Assembly (NCBI GenBank): GCA_028534125.1
Contig: CM052827.1
Span: 46,562,001 to 46,626,000 of the forward strand
Direction: 5' to 3'
DNA length: 64,000 nucleotides
DNA from: Lama glama
Lineage: Eukaryota
Shown here: positions 24,779 through 36,606 of the stretch, piece after piece
Layout: every line of letters begins with the position of its first letter
Position numbering within the stretch: the first letter of the stretch is position 1
Translations under genes and position numbers: made by a program
Notes under the pieces: model-generated
What the model was told of the DNA's origin: nothing
The model's input: the letters and a program-made list of their open reading frames with translations, nothing else
The model's database searches: none

Positions 24779-25934
24779 GCCTCCCTCTCGGCAACATTCT
24801 TCATTTTACCAAACACCTAAGATAATTTGTGGTTGAAAATTAAGAAGGTTTTGGGGAGAGAGATAGACTTGGCACTGGCAGTTCAGATGGAAAGCTTGTG
24901 GGGGTCATGTTTCCTCCTCCCTTCTTTATTGACAAGATTTTATTAAATCACTTGGAATTTTAGTTCTTACTGGATTAACCATTTTTTTTAAAAGACTTTA
25001 GACTGTATATGAACTCATAAGAAAGTGTGCTTGTAAGTGTGATTTAAATGAGCATTTCATTTATTTTTATTTCTATTTTTCCAAGAGAAAACCAGCCTAA
25101 AGAAAATAACTAAGCAATCCTGTAGAATAGTCCAGTTCTCATCCTACTATGTCTTCCTCACATTCTGAATTAAAGTGACCACTCAGAAGGTAGAATGGAA
25201 TGTCTTGTACGTGGACATTTCTACTATGGGTATTAAAACATCATGAACCTAGTTTTGTCTTTCTTAATGTTTGCATTGGGCTTCACAGCTACAGTATCAA
25301 CAATCTTCTGGATCCTGCTTCTTTGTTACCACTCTTGTATCTCTTGAATTCATTTTCTGGAGTTTTTAAGCAGCCTACCACCACCCATCCCAAGGATGTA
25401 TGGGTGTCAAGAGAATTGTTTTTCTTTTGCACTTGGGTAATAAACTATAGAATAGAATTCTATAGAAACAAAATACTCTAGAATTCTAAAAACAATGCTT
25501 TTTTCTTGGAACTTTGAAAGCATTACTTTCTTGTGTTATATGTAGTTTTGTTGATTCTGCTGTTAAGATCTTCTGTTGAGTTTGTAAATTCAGTAATTTA
25601 AATTTAATAATCTTCTGGCTTCTTTGCATACTTCCTTGTTCTCTAATAGGTCCTTTTTTCCATGGCAGCCTTTTTATTTTACCTGCTAGACTCTTTCAGG
25701 ATACAGATAAGAATTTTGAGTTCTTTTCTGTTTGTGTTTCGTTTACTCAGTCATTTTCCCCTGATTTTGATAGTAGCCCTCTTTATTGCTGTTAACTTCT
25801 CCCTCACACATCTTGTAATTGTTTTTTTGTTGTCCATTCATAAACAAGGACTGAAATCATTAGTGTTTTAGTAGGTGTGTCTTTCCTTGGCAGGTAGGAA
25901 GTTTCCTGTTTCTCTAACAGGTCTCCTCTGTGAA

Positions 25935-26440
25935 TACTTTTATCACCCCAAAAAGTTCATGTATTTTTTGGTAATCCTTCTTTCCCCGGACCTTGATAAC
26001 CAGATTTGTTTTCTGTCCTTATAGTTAAGCCCTAGAATGTCATTTAAATGCAGTCATATAACATGTGGCCTTTTAAGTCTGGTTCTTCACTTAGCGTGAT
26101 GCTTTTGAGAGTCACTGAGTAGTAGCTCATCATATAGAAATACCACATCCACCTCTTGATAGACATTTAGGTTGTTTTCAGTTTTTGGTGATTATAAATA
26201 GAACTGCTGTAAATTTTAACATACAGCTTGTGGATATAGGTCTTCATCTCTTAGGTAGGGTACTTAGGAGTGGGCCTGCTGGGTTGTGAGTAACTATATG
26301 AAATTGCCAAACTCTTTTCCAAAGGGGCTGCACCATTCAGCATCCCTATCAACCAGGTATAGTTCAGGTTGCTTCCATCCTTGCCAGCATTTGGTATTAT
26401 CAAGAACATTTTCTCCCAGTCTGTGGCTTCTCTTTTTATT
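25935..26440 (-). mobile_element. Old L1M 3'-end fragment
   Basis: TTATCACCCCAAAAAGTTC...CTTCACTTAGCGTGATGCTTTTGAGA...TTGCCAAACTCTTTTCCAAAG. Confidence 0.65.
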
Positions 26441-27838
26441 TTTCTCTTGAGTAAATTTTGAGGTTTAAAGCTAGACTGAAAGCTTGCTCTCTGCAGTGGG
26501 ACTGTAAAGGAATACCAGTCAAAGTGTCACTTCCTCCCCACCCTGCCTTTCTTCTTCCTTCTCACTTAAGAATACCTTTCCTTTCCATTGCTTGGTATTG
26601 TTCTGGAGTGAAATTAATACAGCTTTCCCCCAGTTTTGGAGATAAGACCATCTAAGCTCACAACTGAAGTATTTCGGTCAGGGGAGAAAGTATTTCAGAA
26701 GACCATTTCTAAATTGTTTTTGGAATTCTGTATTTTCATCATTACTGTCAATTTAGAGTTTCTTTCTGGACTTTTGCAAGTGTATGCTTTTGCAAGTAGT
26801 ATGTCAAGATGTGTTTGTTTTTAGTATGTATTTATAGTCTTGGTGGCTGTTGCCGGAACATACCCTCCAGAAATGTTTTCCTCAGAAATGCTGGTGCATT
26901 CTTACCAACATGCTAAGAGTTGGTTGCCATTTATTCACAGTTAGAATAGTAACGTATATTACCCATTTATATAGTACTTAGTTACAGTGAATTTCCCTGC
27001 AGGTTACTAGACTCACATCTGTCGGAGCAGAGGCACCACAATCCAACTTGCCATTTGTTGTGCACGGAACTTAATAGGCTCTCACTGATTATTGATAAAA
27101 TGAGTTAGTGAGCGACTCTCTGTTGTGGGAATGTAGTCATACTGATTCTTGTCAGTGACTTGTTTCTTGAAGCTCCAGGGAGAATCTGAACTGCTGGGCA
27201 CTCACCAAACGTGCTTCCGTGCAAGTGTGCCAGTTTTTCAGAAAGTAACGTTCAGAATTCTTTGAGAGTTCACAATGAGGTATGTGTCTGTCGAGTAACT
27301 TGTTTCTCTGTGTATTCTGTTCCAGTGCTTTTAAGATGAAAAATTACACTCATTTTTAGAAGTTCATCCCTCAGGGTCATTAACATTTCCCATTTTTGGA
27401 TTTCCCTATCTCCCCATTTGAACCACTTTTTCTACTTTTCTTTAGTATGTAAGAGAACATTGAAATGGAGGTGGTGACATGAGTCAACAGAAAGTAAATG
27501 GAATGACCAGGCATATCTGTGAACCAAAAAATTCTCCTGCAGGCAGGAATCTGCTTATGAGTTTGATGAACAAAGTTGACCCATTTCAAAGTAAGCTTTA
27601 TCAGCTCTAGAGTGTTCTTAGACAATTTATGGAAAATCTAAATAGTATTTTCTTGTTTGTAATTGAAAAATGCTACACCTAGAAATCTCAGTTTGCAGAA
27701 TCTTGATTTGTTTAATTGAGGAAGGGTCTTGGGGATTCTGGCCCAATTATTTATAGGATTGGTGTGATACAGCATTTTTTCTTTCTGAAAGTATATTTTT
27801 TGTGTATTTTATGTGATCAGTGATTTTCTTTTTTTCAG

Positions 27839-27907
27839 TATATTTTTGGAGATTTTAGCCCTGATGAATTCAATCAATTCTTCGTGACTCCTCGCTCTTC
27901 AGTTGAG
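27839..27907 (+). CDS. USP10: USP10 exon 2 ([23 protein letters not shown]), with the G3BP-binding FGDF motif
   Basis: tttttcag|TAT...GAG|gtaaga, 69 nt, phase 0/0. Confidence 0.98.
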
Positions 27908-27974
27908 GTAAGACAAAACTTTGTTTTATTGAGTATGGGTGTAGATATAATTGATAGTTATGTTTATTTTTTAT

Positions 27975-29560
27975 TTTTTAATTTATGTTTTTGATTAAAA
28001 GTTCCAGCATGTAGAGAAATATAGAGACTAGTATGAGAAATGACTGAACCCACCAATCAGATTCGACTAATCTGAACACTTTGCTATATTTATAAGTAGC
28101 AAAACATTACAGATAGAATTGAAGCCTCCATTGTCTCCTCTCCCATCTCATTCCCCCTCTTCCCCAGAATTACTGGCTCTATTGAAATTGCTAAGTATTC
28201 TTTCCTGACTATGGTTTTCACCTCTTACTGCATACATGTAGTCGGACAGATAGTACATTGTATTGTTTTGTGTGGTTTAAAATGTCACGTAAGTGGTTTT
28301 ATGCTGTTTGCATCATTTTGTAGTTTTTTTAAGCTAAATATTCTTTAGATTTATCTGTACATTTATGTTCTTGTTCTTTGATTATAATTGTTAAATATTG
28401 AACATACCACACTTTATTTGCCTTTTTTCCTGTTTAGGACCATTTAGATCTTCAGTTCTCCCATTATTACAGAAGTGTGGCAGTAAACATACTGTGTCAT
28501 ATCTCCTCATGCTCTTCTGTGGGGTTCTCCAGGAACTATTCTTAAGAATGTAATTGCTGGGCTCTGCAAGGAATAAGCATCTTTAGTTTTATTAGAGACT
28601 GTGAATCTGCTTTCTAAGTGATTTTAACAGTCTGCTTTCCTGTCAGCATGAGAGTTTTTGGATCTCATTAAAAAAAAATTCTTGCTAATTCTTAGTATGA
28701 GCATAATTATAACCTGATGGATAATAAATGGATTTTTATTGTTTAAATTTATATTTCCCAGATTATAAACAGTTGAGCACTATTTCATTACTCTGATATG
28801 TCTGTTAACAGTGTAGATTTCTGCTTCTACGTATTACCTGATCTATATCCATTGTCCATATTTTTATCAGATGGCTTGTCTTTTTCTTATTGATAGGATT
28901 CATAATCTCTGGTTTCGCATATTGCAGGTATCTTCTCTCATAAGGGGTTTTAAGCTTCATATATGATACACTTTTTTTTCCTGGGTAAGGGGAGTACATT
29001 TTTAACTTTTAATGTCAAGTGTATTGATTTTTTTCCTCATGGTTTTTTTATTTTTGGTTTAAAAAATATGTCTTTCTAAGAAATTCTTCCCTTCCCTGAG
29101 GTAATAAAGACATTTGTTTTCTTCTAAAAAGTTTTACTTAGAGTTTTTGGTTTTCAGTTTAGTATGTAGTAACACTGAGATTGAGGTGTTGACTGTGTGT
29201 GTGTGAGGTGGGGCTCCTGTTGGGCCGCACACATGTCTCCACGCGTGCGTGCTCCACTGGTTCTGTGTGCCTTTTGCTTTATCTCTGTCTGCGTACCATG
29301 TTTTAATTGTTGCAGCTTTGTAATCAGTCTTGTGGTAGGACACACACTTTTTATACTTAAAAGCATTTTGCCCCTTTTTCATCCTTAACTCTTCCTTAGG
29401 AATTTATGATCAGCACTTCAAGTTCTATGAAAAATCTTGTTGAAATGTCATTTGGAATTGTGTTAAAATTATGGATTAATTTGTAGTAGAATTAATATCT
29501 TTACAGCAGTTTTCGTAAACATGATTGTGGTATATATCTTCAGTTGGGTCTTCTTTTATG
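27975..29560 (-). mobile_element. Degraded L1ME-type fragments
   Basis: T-rich antisense L1 blocks (GTTCTATGAAAAATCTTGTTG, ATTTGGAATTGTGTTAAAATTATGGATTAATTTG); boundaries approximate. Confidence 0.55.
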
Positions 29561-31073
29561 TCAGCTCTTACATGATTAATAGTATCTGTTCTAGTTTAAT
29601 AAAAACTTACCTGGAAAACTTTTTCAGATTGATGTTTTAAATATGAAAACTGTTGAAATTGCATTGAAAATGAGGAAAGGGGGAAGAAATAAGTATATAT
29701 TAAGCAAAATCTTAGTTAACTTTTAATGAAATTTAGCATCTTAGACACCTTAATTTCAGATCTTTTAATATACCCATTTGTATATTTGCATGCATATTAA
29801 ATATTCATATATGGAGCTCTTTTGCTTGGTAAAATGGGGCAAGAGAAATTTAAGTATGTAGAATAGGGTTAGAGTCTGGGTGGGCCACTTGTGACCTTGA
29901 GAAGTCCTTCACTCTTCACCTTGGCTTATTGAATTCTAAAAATATTTTTAGGGTTGTGGAGGTAGGATTAAATGGAACAAATTGAAAGTATTATTTAGAC
30001 TACGCAAATGTAAAAAAGATTTATTACTTTTTTTTTTACTTTAGGAGAAAGAAATCAAAGAAGATAAAGCTTGTATCAGGTTTCATTTTAGAAAATGAAT
30101 AAATTCAGCTCAAAACCATCTCTCTTACGTTTGTTGATGCTAGCAGTTATAATTTTAAGAAGTCTAAGGATATGAGACAGGAAATAGTCAAAGCTAAATT
30201 ATTTTTTTTTTCTTTGCACATCAGTCATGTTGAAATTAGTTTACAGTTAATCATACACAAATGCTCACATACATGTGTAAGTTTCAGCTGTTACTCTTAA
30301 AAAAGTGAAACATTGATTTCATGAGCAGGTGTCTGCTTTACAAAATGTGTGACTTGGGGTATAAAGTTTGTGGTATTTTATTCTGTCAAAGCTAAATTAT
30401 ACATTGTATTCCCTAAGGCAGTAATATATATCTGTGCATTTTAGAATTCTACTGAATAAGTATTGAAGTTTAGGGTTTTGTAATTTTAAAAAGTCAGTTA
30501 AGGATAAATGTAATCAGATCCTGTATTCCCCAAGTGTTACTGTTAATTGAGGTTGTACTCTGTATACTGTACTAATTATTCAAATTTTGATTTCTGTCTT
30601 TGAACCACAGTGAAATAATGGTGGTACTTACTAACACCACAGTCTAACTGTATTCTTTTAATTAAGATTTGACAATAAAGCTCAATTACATACTTTGTAG
30701 TTTGTCACAAGTATGTGCATGTTGGTGAGTTTGTGAGACAAAGGGGCATCTTAGAAGTGACAGAGGTTTGCTGAATTAAAGGTACTATATGCAGTGCTAT
30801 AGAGTAAAAAAGAAACACACACATGCATTTTTTTCTGTGTCTGAACTCATTTAAGCATTCAGTAATTTCCACAGTTAGACTCATACCAGATTAGTAGACC
30901 AAAATAAATGTTGTAAGCACACGAACAGAGAACGGCAGTATCGCCCTGGAGTCTGCCAGGTGGTCTGTTTTCAGATTCTGACTTTACCACTTACTAGGTT
31001 TTGTGTGTAAGTAAAATGTGATTTTAAAAAACAAAGTAAAGTACTTTTGAGCACCTTACAGTTATGTGGATTT

Positions 31074-31092
31074 CCATCACCAGGGGGCACCC
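31074..31092 (+). promoter_or_regulatory. Candidate CTCF site
   Basis: CCATCACCAGGGGGCACCC, core CACCAGGGGGCAC. Confidence 0.4.
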
Positions 31093-31507
31093 TCGTGCCA
31101 CTGAGAGAAAAAGGAGGTGTTTTGTGTATGGGAGTTGGCTAAACTTGGATGAGGGCGGAGGGAATCAGCCTTTGCTGCTTCCTCAGACATAACCTTTCTG
31201 CTCTGTGTGTCCATGCGGGTGGTGAACACGGGACACCACCATGAGCTTTTGAGTGGTGTGCAAATGTCCTTGGAAGTGCAAGGCCAACTGCGGTCCAGTT
31301 CGCACACAGAGTGCTTTCTCTCCTTGTGTCCCTGTGGTGAACACCAGGTGCCCCCGAGTGGGTGTCACACCTGCTGCTCTCAAGTCCTGAAAGCGGTCAG
31401 TTCCTTTTGAATCACCCTTTGTTTTCTTAGCTTCTTATTTGTCATTAATCCTCTCAGGAGAGAACTTGGTTACTTGGAGTGATAAACTTTTATCTCTGAT
31501 GATTGAA

Positions 31508-31711
31508 TTGACTGACTAAGAGTTGATTGGAGGAGTCAACAGAGGAAGCCACGTAAGCAGTACTTCTCAGACAGTTGTGGGCAGGAGAATCACCTGGGTG
31601 CCTCTGAACACTGCAGGCTCAGGACCCGTCCAGGCCCCCCAGGCCATGGTGCTGTGTGTGCTACAGCGAGCAGGCCTGGAGAAAAGCTGTGGTAGGGTGT
31701 CATTGTTTTGT
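31508..31711 (+). repeat. ~200-bp dispersed direct repeat, copy 1 (intron 2)
   Basis: Aligns with 34402-34598; shared core CAGACAGTTGTGGGCAGGAGAAYCACCTGRGTGCCTCTG. Confidence 0.92.
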
Positions 31712-32469
31712 TCTGCATTCAGGTAGCAGTTACCTGTCCACTTACCTTACCCCTTCCCGTCCTCACCCCTTCCCATCCTAAACTTTCTCATCTCAGACAT
31801 ACCCATTTGGAACATTCCCATCTCCTACGTATTATGGAATGGCTAGGAAGGAAAAAATTTGCTATATTCATAATACCTTCCTGCATTGTACAAAGAGCTC
31901 AGACACTTACCATTTTGCTTTCTGTCTTCCAAACAAGCAGTGTGATCTATAGCCCCCAGTTCAGGTATTTAAAGTCCCGTGTTAAACAGGCAGCCCTGAT
32001 TCCCGGGCTTTTCCTTCCCAGGAACGTTGTCCTCTCTTTGTCTGGGCTTGATTCCTGCCTCTGACATTGAGCAGACATGGAGTGATGGGGAACCTCAAGT
32101 GTGCAGATGGTCGTTAAGAGCCTCTTTACTAGTGGGTGGAAAAGTGGCTGTCGTATCTGTGGGCGGTCCAACTCTTCTGAAAGGACTGGTGTCATGAGCC
32201 TTTCGTTGTAGCTGATTGATGTGTCCATTGGAGTCCATTTTTTGGGCCTCATTTTTGTATCTGTTTAATAGCAATAAATATTGAAAAGCATTCTGATGTG
32301 TTTTAAAATGATGTTTAGTTTTACTGTGTGTCCATCTGTCTTGTTTTATAAAAATAATATCATAAGTTGAGTGGATAAAGTGTTTTAATGAAGGTTGCTT
32401 TAACAAGATAGCATGTGCTGCTTTTAACATTTTGTTGAATTAAGATTTGTTTTCCAATTCCCTGTGCAG

Positions 32470-32530
32470 CTCCCTCCATACGGCGGAACAGTTCTGTGCG
32501 GTGCACAGGATTCCGGGGAACTACCCGATG
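32470..32530 (+). CDS. USP10: USP10 exon 3 (LPPYGGTVLCGAQDSGELPD-G)
   Basis: tgtgcag|CTC...GATG|gtaagt, 61 nt, phase 0/1. Confidence 0.96.
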
Positions 32531-34289
32531 GTAAGTGGCCTTCTCTTTATTCCCCCGATGCCTATCCTGGCCCTGTGCTGGGTGGGCAGGCTTTCTGGAA
32601 ACAGCATTTTTCTGTTCATTCATTCTTTTTGAATAAACATTCCCTTACTGTTCAATATTTTTGCTGTAAACTGTAGCAGATTTAATCACAGAACTGTTTT
32701 GACTAAAGAATTACAATTTATTCTTTGCTTCAGTGTGTCAGATGGGCAAGGTTGAGTTAAAAAGCTGGTTGCTCATTTCTGTTTTTTCCTGACAGTCATC
32801 AGTGGCACAGGGGTGGCCTTCATGGCCAAGGCTCTTTGTAAAGGTTCTGAAGTGGGCTTTTCTGTCTGCATGCAGTGGCTGCTGGGCCCAGAGCTGGCCA
32901 GTCTCTAAACATGTGCTTCTCGCCCCGGTCAGTGGCTGCTCAGATCTGTTCTCCTGCAGTTTACATTTATGTCCCCGTCTGTCACCAAGGCCCTTGGGAG
33001 TTCAGGTGACCTCTTCACCTCTTGGTTTTTTTTTTCCCCCTCTGGCCCAGACTTTGAGCTGATTACTGGAGATGGTGCTTATTGAGATACAACCCTTTTG
33101 TATTAAGTATCCAGTGTTTAAGTGATAGCAGGGTCATTTAATCTTGCCAGCTGGGCTGTGGTTGCACAGATCAGACCTGCCTAGACCATTTGCTTAGGTG
33201 TTAAAGGTCTCTGCTGGCCTCAGAGGCTGAACCTTTTCTCTGAGAGCGGGATTTTGTTCCCTGTTTCATTAGCATTGTCAGACCTTTCATAAAAGGGCTT
33301 TATTATAATTTAGATTTAAATATAAATCTTAGAAAGACTGAACTTGTTATCTACAGTAAAATCAGGAAGTGGTTATATCTAAAATTATTAGCAGCTTTAT
33401 AAGGAACACAAGGGAAAGAGCAGTTCAAATGATGGCTTAGGATGGGAGTTAAATGAGCAGAACTGGAGGGACCCACACACCCTTGCTGGACCACCCACCC
33501 TCTGGAGCGGCTTGGTGGTCTTGGTTGAGGTTCTCCTTGTCTTCATGTGCTTTGCGCATAGTAGTTGTGCTGCAGGTGTTTACTCAGTGCTTGAAAAGGC
33601 TCCTTACTTTCCCTGTCATGTCACTGCTTCCTTTCTAGTCCAGGTGGTAGCCTCAGCATCCTCCTAACATCCGGCCGCTCAGTGTTCTCGTCCATTCCCT
33701 CCTTCCAGGCTGGCATCCCTGTTCACTTACACTTCTTGGCTCTTTTTCTCCATTCTCTCCTCTCTTCACTTAGGTCCATCTTTTAATCTGCCAGTAACAC
33801 AGCTGCTCACATGGTTAGTGACAGGCCAGCTTGAAGGTCCCTATACTCTGAGGCCCTTTCTGTTGTCTTGTTTCTGTTACTTTTATTTCTCTTACAGTTC
33901 TAGTCCACTGTCCAGGGATGAGTCTGCCTCCCTCTTTAGACAGAGTTCAGCTGTGGGTGGCAGAGACCACAGTTCATCCACTTCTGCGTTGAGCAGCTGC
34001 ACAGTGTACTATCTGCAGTGTTGTAAACCTGCAGTATGGTTTTGGATGAATGATTTAGAATGAATTGTTCTACTTCCCACCATAGCCAGCCACGCAGGCT
34101 CTTGGCGGGGACTCCCAGCATACCTTTTATACAGCTGCCTTTTTGAGTCGGTTCCCAAAGCATGAAATAGCCACTGATCTCTGCATATCTTCTGATTGAA
34201 ATGGATCTCTTTTTTGTGTCCGGAAGCATTCTTTTTTGTAAAGCTCTTGAAGCTTCATTTTACCCTCCCTCTGCCATCTTCATCTTTTG

Positions 34290-34411
34290 TGTCTGTCTCC
34301 CTAGTAGATGTAACTCCCTGAGGCAGGGACCTCTCCTTGCTAATCTCTGACACACACCCCGCATAAGCACTTTGCCTATCGCTAGGTGCTCCATTATCAA
34401 GTTGACTGACT
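34290..34411 (+). mobile_element. L2 3' end
   Basis: GTCTGTCTCCCTAGTAGATGTAACTCCCTGAGGCAGGGAC...TAGGTGCTCCA...TTGACTGACT. Confidence 0.6.
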
Positions 34412-34598
34412 TAAGAGTTAATTGGAGAAATCAGCTGAGGAAGCCACTAAAGCAGCAGTTACCAGACAGTTGTGGGCAGGAGAACCACCTGAGTGCCTCT
34501 GCCAGCTCGTGACCTGTCCGGGCTCCCCAGGCTGCTGTGCTGTGTGGCTGCAGTGAGTAGACTTTGAGAAAAGCTATGTGAAGATGTCATTGTTTTGT
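34402..34598 (+). repeat. ~200-bp dispersed direct repeat, copy 2 (intron 3)
   Basis: Aligns with 31508-31711, about 86% identical over the first 100 nt by manual alignment. Confidence 0.92.
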
Positions 34599-35020
34599 CT
34601 GAGCTGTTTTTTCTTTCCCCACTATCTGCATTGACCTGAGTGCTGAGTTCCCGTTTACCCAGTGTGTTGATAGGGTTGTTTGAGGCCCAAGTTTGCAGGC
34701 CTTCCACTACTCTTCCTGCCTGACAGATTGGGCTTGTCCTGACTTCTCTGCCCTGCAGTGCACTGCATCCGTATGGCCATGACAGATGTTCCTGGATGGA
34801 AAAAAGGAACTGTTCTGGGTAGGAATCTGCCTTCCAGTGATTTGGTCAGACACTATCTTGGGTAAATGTTTTGATAAAACTGTAGCGTATTGAAATGTTT
34901 CCATTAATGTCACATCACATTTTAGAATGTTTTATGGTATGATAAGATTAGGAATTGAGATGTGGAAGGCACTGTGTCTATAATCAAAATCTGGCACAAG
35001 CTGTGAGATACAGCATGTGC

Positions 35021-35107
35021 TTTTTCTTTTTAAATGGAAATACTGGGGATTGAACCTAGGGCCTCATGCCTGCTAATAAGCATGTACTCTACCACTGGGC
35101 TATACCC
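35021..35107 (-). mobile_element. tRNA-derived SINE (vic-1-like)
   Basis: Reverse complement reads GGGTATAGCCCAGTGGTAGAGTACATGCTTA...GGCCCTAGGTTCAATCCCCAGTA. Confidence 0.85.
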
Positions 35108-36606
35108 ACACACCCACATACTAATTTTTAATGTGATTCACAATCACAGACAGTCCCCAAAGGGCTGCCACCCCTTGCGGAGTCGTCTTCACTTCTTCAG
35201 GCACATCCATTTCAGTCCGTGTAATAGCACTGCATCCTCGAAAAGTCCAGGCAATGCCTGGAAGCAAACTGGACAGTTCACTTTTAGGTATAATAGGAGA
35301 GAAATTAATTTCTCTTAGGTGATTATTTTCAAAATAAGGAAACAGCAAATCAGTGCTCAGGGGCCAGAGGATTCAAATTGCCATCTCATGGCTTTATAGG
35401 AAAGCTTGCAGTTTGTTGTAATCATCATAAGTGTTCCTTTTTCAGGAACTTTTTGCCATTGGGCTGGTGTATTCTCCCCACCCTCAGGGCGTGCGATAAC
35501 AAAACAAATGAAGAATTAAGAAACTGTTGAGGCCCCTGGCCCCTCTCTGGGGCTGTTTTTCCTTCTCTAAAAAGACTTCCAAAGTAAAATATATTCAGTT
35601 TTCTATAATAGAATATGGTTCTTCTGGTATTGTGATTTTTTTTTCCCTTGAAATACATGCCTTGAAAAAAGTTGGCCTTTTGTGCTGTACATGGAGAAAT
35701 CATCAGCTGTGCACTAAAAGTGAATTTAAAAAGCATGTATCCTTTACTTCAACGTGTGTAACTCTTTCATCAGATATAAGATGACATTGGTGCTTGGTGT
35801 GTGTTGAAAGACTCAGTTGATTCTAAAACTCAATATCAGAGATGTGAACTATGAAAAAATGTACATCTTAGAACAGATAAAATATGTAGATTGTCAGTGG
35901 GGAGGAAGTACCGAAGCGTTCCGAGGACATTTTTTTTATAGATTTGTAGTTCTAACTTGATCTTTTGGGAGTATCTTCATTACCCATGGAATTTAATCCA
36001 CTATGAATTAATTTAGTGGAACTCACACGCTCTCATGCAATCTCATTTTCAGACTGCAGTTAAGAGTGTAGAGGAGATCAGGAGACAGATAATTCAAAAG
36101 AGTGCTTTTGTGTAATTCATACTTTGTAAATTATTATTACATGAATTAGAGAAGCCATATACATAGCAATGAATTTGGAATCCCTTAGTAATCTTGATTT
36201 TTTTTTTTCAATTGTCCAAAATACATATACCCTAGTCTCAGGCATAAAGTAAGCTAATAAAGTCAGATTTCATTGAAGGATGTTTTCAGACAGGCAGAAT
36301 ATTATTTGTTTTCCATTATAATTTCATTTAATTTCTACCTTCTGAAAGTCTCCCTTGGCTACCCTGAGAGCAGAAAATAAATACAGGCTTCTGTATTTCA
36401 TATCCACAAACTAAATATAATTATGTAGTTATATATTTTCAGCAAGTTATTCATTCACTACAGAAATTAAATGTCAAAGCTTTGTTAATTACTACAAGAC
36501 TTTAGGGTGTCAGTTTCCAAAAGAAATAATTACTGAGACTTTTATAGTTTGTATAACTGTGTTCTTAACTAGTGGGATGTTTACATATTGTTTTCTTTCT
36601 AAACAG

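Larger units (their letters stand above)
20550..24789 (-). mobile_element. LINE-1, probably full-length and lineage-specific, antisense to USP10; ORF2 hidden by the assembly gap
   Basis: 5' end GAGAGGGAGGCCAAGATGGCGG, CpG-rich 5' UTR (about 23650-24789), ORF1 remnant, ORF2 end GGAATCTAA (GI*) at the gap edge, 3' UTR and poly(A). Target-site duplication GGCAACATT at 20541-20549 and 24790-24798. Confidence 0.92.

Noticed and set aside
23629-24820. Several overlapping 100-180 aa ORFs on both strands
   Set aside because: GC-rich L1 5' UTR with few stop codons; no recognisable protein and mostly non-ATG starts
31495-31711. Duplicated segment as a possible pair of intronic snoRNAs
   Set aside because: The C-box-like TGATGA precedes only one copy, and I found no shared C/D or H/ACA boxes or terminal stems
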